A stretch of 64,000 nucleotides of DNA from a virus. Position numbers and translations under genes: made by a program. Location of the stretch: the IMG/VR virus record IMGVR_UViG_3300005573_001166, positions 1-64,000 of that record, one strand, 5' to 3'. The notes beneath the pieces are model-generated. The model saw only the letters and a list, made by a program, of their open reading frames with translations. It made no database searches and was not told where the DNA came from. Below are positions 63,670 to 64,000 of this stretch, piece by piece. How positions within the stretch are numbered: the first letter of the stretch is position 1; each line of letters starts with the position of its first letter.

Positions 63670-63771
63670 AACCCCCTTATTCCCCTTTTTACCCAATTGT
63701 TTGACTTTGGAATATGTAATTACATACCAGAGCCCATGAAAGTGGTTTATAGGGGGTTTTAGGCTGTTTTT
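63666..63771 (+). promoter_or_regulatory. conserved intergenic element, copy C
   Basis: TAAAACCCCCT...TATGTAATTACATA...TTTATAGGGGGTTTTAGGCTGTTTTT. Confidence 0.55.
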
Positions 63772-63785
63772 CAAAGGAGGTTTTA

Positions 63786-63863
63786 ATGGCTGTAGCTAAA
63801 AAGAAGTCTAATCCGAAAAAAAGGAAACGCAAAATTCTTAAGCGTATGCAGAGAGGTTATTAG
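63786..63863 (+). CDS. 25-aa highly basic peptide (MAVAKKKSNPKKRKRKILKRMQRGY)
   Basis: Translated by hand; AAGGAGG SD 5 nt upstream. Confidence 0.55.
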   Translation: MAVAKKKSNPKKRKRKILKRMQRGY

Positions 63864-63885
63864 TATTATGGAGGGCGGAGTAAAA

Positions 63886-64000
63886 ATGACTGGTTTAGCG
63901 GTTAAGATGAAGGTAGCGGTAACTGATTTTAAGAAGCAGTACCTGTTTGACTTTTATGGCACAGCCTTCCTGCCTATTACTCAGCCTCCTGGAAGAATGG
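63886..64000 (+). CDS. 5' part of a gene running off the window
   Basis: GGAG SD; MTGLAVKMKVAVTDF... open to the window end. Confidence 0.5.
   Translation, partial: MTGLAVKMKVAVTDFKKQYLFDFYGTAFLPITQPPGRM

Noticed and set aside
1-64000. tRNA/rRNA genes, integrase, transposase, or stop-codon reassignment
   Set aside because: No cloverleaf was spotted by eye in the few gaps (tRNAscan not run) and no recombinase motifs were recognised. Genes are full length in the standard code, with TAA, TAG and TGA all used as stops.

Overview
This 64-kb window is a segment of a large tailed dsDNA bacteriophage genome. It uses the standard code and GGAGG Shine-Dalgarno sites. The Glu/Lys/Ile/Tyr-rich proteins, B12-dependent RNR and family-4 UDG suggest an anaerobic, possibly thermophilic host (inference). 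Layout: (i) 1-2.7 kb, leftward small genes, four of them preceded by a repeated structured leader; (ii) 2.76-3.47 kb, a divergent non-coding region with palindromes and iteron-like repeats; (iii) 3.5-40 kb, one rightward block with HU, five glycosyltransferases, a replisome (5'-3' exonuclease, DnaC-like, DnaB, DnaG, UDG-PolA, gp32-like SSB, UvsY, RecA, three-piece Rad50 plus Mre11, resolvase), a sigma factor, a NusG paralog, nucleotide metabolism genes and a full 7-deazaguanine set (FolE, QueD, QueE, Gat-QueC, a TGT-fold DpdA-like protein) next to an HTH-phosphoribosyltransferase and an NMP kinase; (iv) 40.8-64 kb, a head module with terminase, portal and three giant multidomain proteins. Strongest novelty candidates: (1) two giant head-module proteins carry an ATP-dependent DNA ligase and a LigD-type primase-polymerase, each bounded by recurring K/R-x-A motifs, suggesting virion-packaged, proteolytically released NHEJ-like repair enzymes; (2) two repeated pseudoknot-forming RNA motifs sit between the leftward genes, one with covariation and HDV-ribozyme-like topology; (3) a possible nucleotide-level route for 7-deazaguanine incorporation. 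All calls come from reading motifs by eye; no database searches were run.
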